Part shown: positions 52,717-55,121 of the stretch, in pieces
Layout: each line of letters starts with the position of its first letter
Numbering within the stretch: position 1 is the stretch's first letter
Source: Propionibacteriales bacterium
Lineage (GTDB): Bacteria; Actinomycetota; Actinomycetes; Propionibacteriales; Propionibacteriaceae
DNA: 55,121 nucleotides
Direction of reading: 5' to 3'
Assembly: GCA_021286985.1 (NCBI GenBank)
Contig: JAJTBJ010000001.1
Location: 1 to 55,121 of the forward strand
Notes under the pieces: model-generated
The model's database searches: none
Told to the model about the DNA's origin: nothing
The model's input: the letters and a program-made list of their open reading frames with translations, nothing else
Position numbers and translations under genes: made by a program

Positions 52717-55121
52717 GTGTCGGCCGAATTCGTCCACCTGCACTGCCACTCGGAGTACTCCATGCTGGACGGCGCAGCACGCCTGAAGGACTTGGTTTCG
52801 ACGGCTGAGGCACAAGGCATGAAGGCGCTGGCCGTGACCGACCACGGCAACTTGTTCGGCGCGTATGAGTTCTACAAGGTGGCGAAGAACTCTGCGGTCA
52901 AGCCGATCATCGGCCTGGAGGCATACCTCACCCCGAAGACCCATCGCAGCGAGCGCAAGCGCGTCCAGTTCGGCGACGGCACCGGGGACGACGTGGCGTC
53001 CAAGGGTGCCTACACCCACATGACGATCTGGGCGGAGAACCGCGACGGCATGCACAACCTGTTCCGGCTGAGTTCGCTGAGCTCGCTGGAGGGCTTCTTC
53101 TACAAGCCACGCGCCGACCGCGAACTGCTGAACCGTTACGCCAAGGGCCTGATCGCCACCACCGGCTGCCCGTCGGGCGAGGTGCAGACCTACCTTCGGC
53201 TGGGCCAGTACAAGGAGGCGCTCGCCTCAGCTGCCGAGTTCCGCGACATCTTCGGCGCCGACAACTTCTTCGTGGAGTTGATGGATCACGGGCTGGAGAT
53301 CGAGAACCGGGTCCGCGACGATCTGCTGCGGATTGCCAAGGACCTCAACCTTCCCTTGGTGGCCAGCAACGACCTGCACTACGTGCGCGCCTCCGACGCC
53401 GAGGACCACGACACCTTGTTGTGCGTGTCGGCCGGAGCGAACAAGGACACCCCCAACCGGTTCAAGTTCGACGGCAGCGGCTACTACCTGAAATCAGCCG
53501 AGGAGATGCGGGCGCTCTTCAGCGGAGTGCCCGAGGCCTGCGACAACACCTTGGCCATCGCCGAGCGTTGTAGCACCAGCTTCGATGAGGGTGTGGGCAC
53601 CTACATGCCCGACTTCCCGGTGCCGGGTGGCGAGACCGAGACGAGTTGGTTCATCAAGGAGGTCAATACCGGCCTGATGGACCGCTTCCCCGATGGGGTG
53701 CCCGATTATGCGATCAAGCAGGCCGAGTACGAGGAGGAGGTGATCATCGGAAAGGGCTACGCCGGCTACTTCCTGGTGGTGGCCGACTTCATCAACTGGG
53801 CCAAACGCAACGGGATCCGGGTCGGACCAGGCCGCGGCTCTGGTGCTGGTTCGATGTGCGCCTATGCGATGAAGATCACCGACCTCGACCCGGTGCCGCA
53901 CGGTCTGATCTTCGAGCGCTTCCTGAACCCCGAGCGTCCCTCGATGCCCGACTTCGACGTCGACTTCGACGAGCGTCGTCGCGGCGAGGTGATCGCCTAC
54001 GTCACCGAGAAGTATGGCAAGGACCGGGTCTGCCAGATCGTCACGTACGGAACCATCAAGGCCAAGCAGGCCATCAAGGACGCCGGACGGGTGCTGGGCA
54101 TGCCGTTCTCGCTGGGGGAGCGGGCCACCAAGGCCTATACCCCGCCCGTGCAGGGCAAGGACGTCTCGCTGGCCGACGTCTTCAACCCCCAGCACGACCG
54201 GTACGGCGAAGGCACCGAGTTCCGTGAGCTGTACAACACTGATCCCGAGGTGCAGCGGGTGGTCGACACCGCGCGCGGCATCGAAGGGCTGAAGCGACAG
54301 TGGGGCGTCCACGCCGCCGGCGTGATCATGTCCTCGACTCCGTTGATGGACGTCATCCCGATCATGAAGCGGGAGCAGGACGGCCAGATCATCACCCAGT
54401 TCGACTACCCCAGCTGTGAGGCGCTCGGCCTGGTCAAGATGGACTTCCTGGGATTGCGGAACCTCACCATCCTTGACGACGCAGTGCGCAACGTGAAGGT
54501 GAACCAGGGCATTGATCTTGATCTGGAGGCGCTGAGCAAGGACACCACCGACCGGGCCACCTACGAGTTGCTGGCCAGTGGCGAGACTCTTGGCATCTTC
54601 CAGCTGGACGGCGGCGGCATGCGGGTGCTGCTGAAGCTGATGCAGCCGGACAACTTCGAAGACATCTCCGCGGCATTGGCGCTGTACCGCCCCGGCCCGA
54701 TGGGGGCCGACAGCCACACCAACTACGCCCTGCGCAAGACCGGACGCCAGCCGGTCAATCCGATCCACCCGGAGTTGGCCGAGCCGCTGGCCGACATCCT
54801 CGACATCACCTACGGCCTGATCGTCTATCAGGAGCAGGTGCAGCAGATCGCCCAACGGGTGGCCGGCTACACGCTGGGTCGAGCCGACGAACTGCGCCGG
54901 GCCATGGGCAAGAAGAAGAAGGAAGTCCTGGAGAAGGAGTTCGTCCCCTTCGAAGCCGGCATGAAGGCCAACGGCTATTCCGACGCGGCGATCCGGACCC
55001 TGTGGGAGATCCTGATCCCGTTCTCGGCCTACGCCTTCAACAAGGCTCACACCGCTGCCTACGGCCTGATCTCCTACTGGACGGCCTACCTGAAGGCCAA
55101 CTACCCGGCCGAGTTCATGGC
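52717..55121 (+). CDS. dnaE: DNA polymerase III alpha subunit (5' part; truncated by the window end)
   Basis: Translated by hand: MSAEFVHLHCHSEYSMLDGAA, TDHGN, VGPGRGSGAGS, MPDFDVDF, GLVKMDFLGL, YAFNKAH. Absent from the ORF track because there is no stop codon. Confidence 0.97.
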   Translation, partial: MSAEFVHLHCHSEYSMLDGAARLKDLVSTAEAQGMKALAVTDHGNLFGAYEFYKVAKNSAVKPIIGLEAYLTPKTHRSERKRVQFGDGTGDDVASKGAYTHMTIWAENRDGMHNLFRLSSLSSLEGFFYKPRADRELLNRYAKGLIATTGCPSGEVQTYLRLGQYKEALASAAEFRDIFGADNFFVELMDHGLEIENRVRDDLLRIAKDLNLPLVASNDLHYVRASDAEDHDTLLCVSAGANKDTPNRFKFDGSGYYLKSAEEMRALFSGVPEACDNTLAIAERCSTSFDEGVGTYMPDFPVPGGETETSWFIKEVNTGLMDRFPDGVPDYAIKQAEYEEEVIIGKGYAGYFLVVADFINWAKRNGIRVGPGRGSGAGSMCAYAMKITDLDPVPHGLIFERFLNPERPSMPDFDVDFDERRRGEVIAYVTEKYGKDRVCQIVTYGTIKAKQAIKDAGRVLGMPFSLGERATKAYTPPVQGKDVSLADVFNPQHDRYGEGTEFRELYNTDPEVQRVVDTARGIEGLKRQWGVHAAGVIMSSTPLMDVIPIMKREQDGQIITQFDYPSCEALGLVKMDFLGLRNLTILDDAVRNVKVNQGIDLDLEALSKDTTDRATYELLASGETLGIFQLDGGGMRVLLKLMQPDNFEDISAALALYRPGPMGADSHTNYALRKTGRQPVNPIHPELAEPLADILDITYGLIVYQEQVQQIAQRVAGYTLGRADELRRAMGKKKKEVLEKEFVPFEAGMKANGYSDAAIRTLWEILIPFSAYAFNKAHTAAYGLISYWTAYLKANYPAEFM

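Noticed and set aside
52717-55121. Intein in DnaE
   Set aside because: Sequence is continuous through the usual insertion contexts (QIVTYGT, YAFNKAH); no Hint motifs in the visible part.

Overview
High-GC actinobacterial chromosome segment. Gene content and order suggest Propionibacteriales/Propionibacteriaceae (inference). It is mostly core housekeeping DNA: nucS; a DivIVA-domain coiled-coil protein with methylmalonyl-CoA epimerase and phosphoglucomutase; a GlgE-pathway alpha-glucan cluster (glgX, glgE, maltokinase, glgB); cysteine desulfurase-mnmA; ligA; gatCAB; serC-serA; hisI-trpE-trpC-trpB-trpA-lgt-gltB-gltD; arginase; and the 5' part of dnaE. I found no tRNA, rRNA, CRISPR array, transposase or prophage gene. 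Most unusual items: (1) a 14-TMS-type MFS transporter carrying a ~370-aa insert with a length-matched antiparallel coiled-coil hairpin; (2) the 34.0-37.1 kb island, made of a structured ~220-nt leader, an unannotated 48-codon ORF and non-mycobacterial-type serC/serA, divergent from an internally duplicated, degenerate sensor kinase and its LuxR-type regulator; (3) a GNAT-like/Nudix fusion translationally coupled to glgB in an operon that lacks treS; (4) a perfect DnaA box inside a palindrome that overlaps the putative promoter of the DUF1697 gene upstream of dnaE; (5) an apparent in-frame deletion in an alpha/beta hydrolase; (6) a regular leaderless-promoter signature in front of 13 genes. All calls come from motif recognition by eye; no searches or folding programs were run.
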